From Candidatus Cloacimonadales bacterium (GTDB lineage: Bacteria > Cloacimonadota > Cloacimonadia > Cloacimonadales > JAIOQZ01), in NCBI GenBank assembly GCA_963665815.1, contig OY762463.1:917469-981468 (forward strand): a stretch of 64,000 nucleotides of DNA. The letters run 5' to 3'. The translations under genes were made by a program, and so were the position numbers. Each line of letters begins with the position of its first letter. The first letter of the stretch is position 1. Shown here in pieces: positions 63,394 through 64,000 of this stretch. Below the pieces are notes generated by a model. That model was not told the origin of the DNA. It did no database searches and saw only the letters and a program-made list of their open reading frames with translations.

Positions 63394-63840
63394 ATGACCC
63401 ATGAAGACTACAGTAACACAGCAAATGAGGAAACTCAGGATATTCAGCATTCAGAACAGCATGCAGATAGTGAGAGATCTGTAGAGCAATCCAGAATTGA
63501 TCTTTTGGAGAATGAAGTTGCGAGATATCGTGAGCAGGAATGGAATAAGTATGTTAAGTACTTCAAGGATGATGAGTACAGCAGAGACTTTGCCTTTCTA
63601 CAAAAACGAACAGACGAATTTTCATTTTCCGAAAATGGAAAATCGCTTACTCCGGTTCAGTTAAAAAACAACCTTGAAAAGCTTAAGCCCTACATTGAAG
63701 CAGATGTATTCGGAGTCCTCAACAATCGTGTAAGACAAAAGACCGGGGCATTTAATCATTCGGAAAATAAACGTGCAATTCCATTCAAGAGTAACCAGAA
63801 AACAAGTTTTGCAGAGATTTTCAACATCTTTGACAACTAA
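63394..63840 (+). CDS. Hypothetical acidic coiled-coil protein (phage scaffold-like)
   Basis: GGAGG RBS. Acidic N-terminus, heptad-like LLENEVARYREQEW. Immediately precedes the capsid-like ORF. Confidence 0.5.
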   Translation: MTHEDYSNTANEETQDIQHSEQHADSERSVEQSRIDLLENEVARYREQEWNKYVKYFKDDEYSRDFAFLQKRTDEFSFSENGKSLTPVQLKNNLEKLKPYIEADVFGVLNNRVRQKTGAFNHSENKRAIPFKSNQKTSFAEIFNIFDN

Positions 63841-63857
63841 TACAAAGGAGAGCAAAT

Positions 63858-64000
63858 ATGCAACAGGCAACATTAATCAAACTTGCAGCAGCACATTCAT
63901 TACCTGATCAGAAATCGATTATCGATTCTCTCGTTAACGAGTCCGGATTACTGAGAACCATGCCGTTCCAGAAGGCGAGTCACGGATTATTCCACAAGTA
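63858..64000 (+). CDS. Partial ORF (5-prime end only), N-terminus reminiscent of HK97-fold major capsid proteins
   Basis: AGGAG 7 nt upstream. MQQATLIKLAAAHSLPDQKSIIDSLVNESGLLRTMPFQKASHGLFHK is open to the window edge. The pattern x-I-I-D-x-L-V-x-E-S-x-L-L-x-x-M-P-F resembles MCP N-termini as I recall them. Confidence 0.4.
   Translation, partial: MQQATLIKLAAAHSLPDQKSIIDSLVNESGLLRTMPFQKASHGLFHK

Overview
AT-rich, gene-dense chromosomal window with about 50 CDS, 2 tRNAs and 1 intact IS3 element. No CRISPR array or rRNA is present. The host is a diderm bacterium: it has BamA, two cargo proteins with T9SS-type C-terminal sorting domains, and IorAB. It feels FCB-group/Cloacimonadota-like, but that is not proven.

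The most unusual content is a roughly 21-kb, 13-gene co-directional operon (2674-23608) for a heavily decorated, probably anionic surface glycan.
- It is led by a GT-C-like membrane transferase with a TPR tail.
- It is dominated by a single 2,562-aa ORF (4849-12537) that strings together about eight enzyme modules: ParB/Srx-like, methyltransferase, GT-B-like, GT2, GT4, TagF-like, a degenerate GT-A, and a second TagF-like module.
- Downstream come a sulfotransferase-TPR, GT4s, a double methyltransferase, a pyruvyl transferase, a TylF-like methyltransferase, two tandem FrhB-like Fe-S proteins and a deacetylase-like protein.
- I see no recognisable flippase, polymerase, ABC exporter or priming transferase.

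The rest is mostly housekeeping (rpsA, trpS, iorAB, bamA, dtd, tRNA-Pro/Val), with smaller oddities:
- an M1-peptidase homolog lacking the zinc motif, plus a domain-only paralog
- a split GT4-CE4 gene
- a two-gene PilM/PilN-P-like module
- a hairpin-rich 0.9-kb non-coding region
- an APC permease-EIIA fusion
- a scaffold-like plus capsid-like gene pair cut by the window end

All calls come from reading the ORF translations and DNA by eye. No searches were run.
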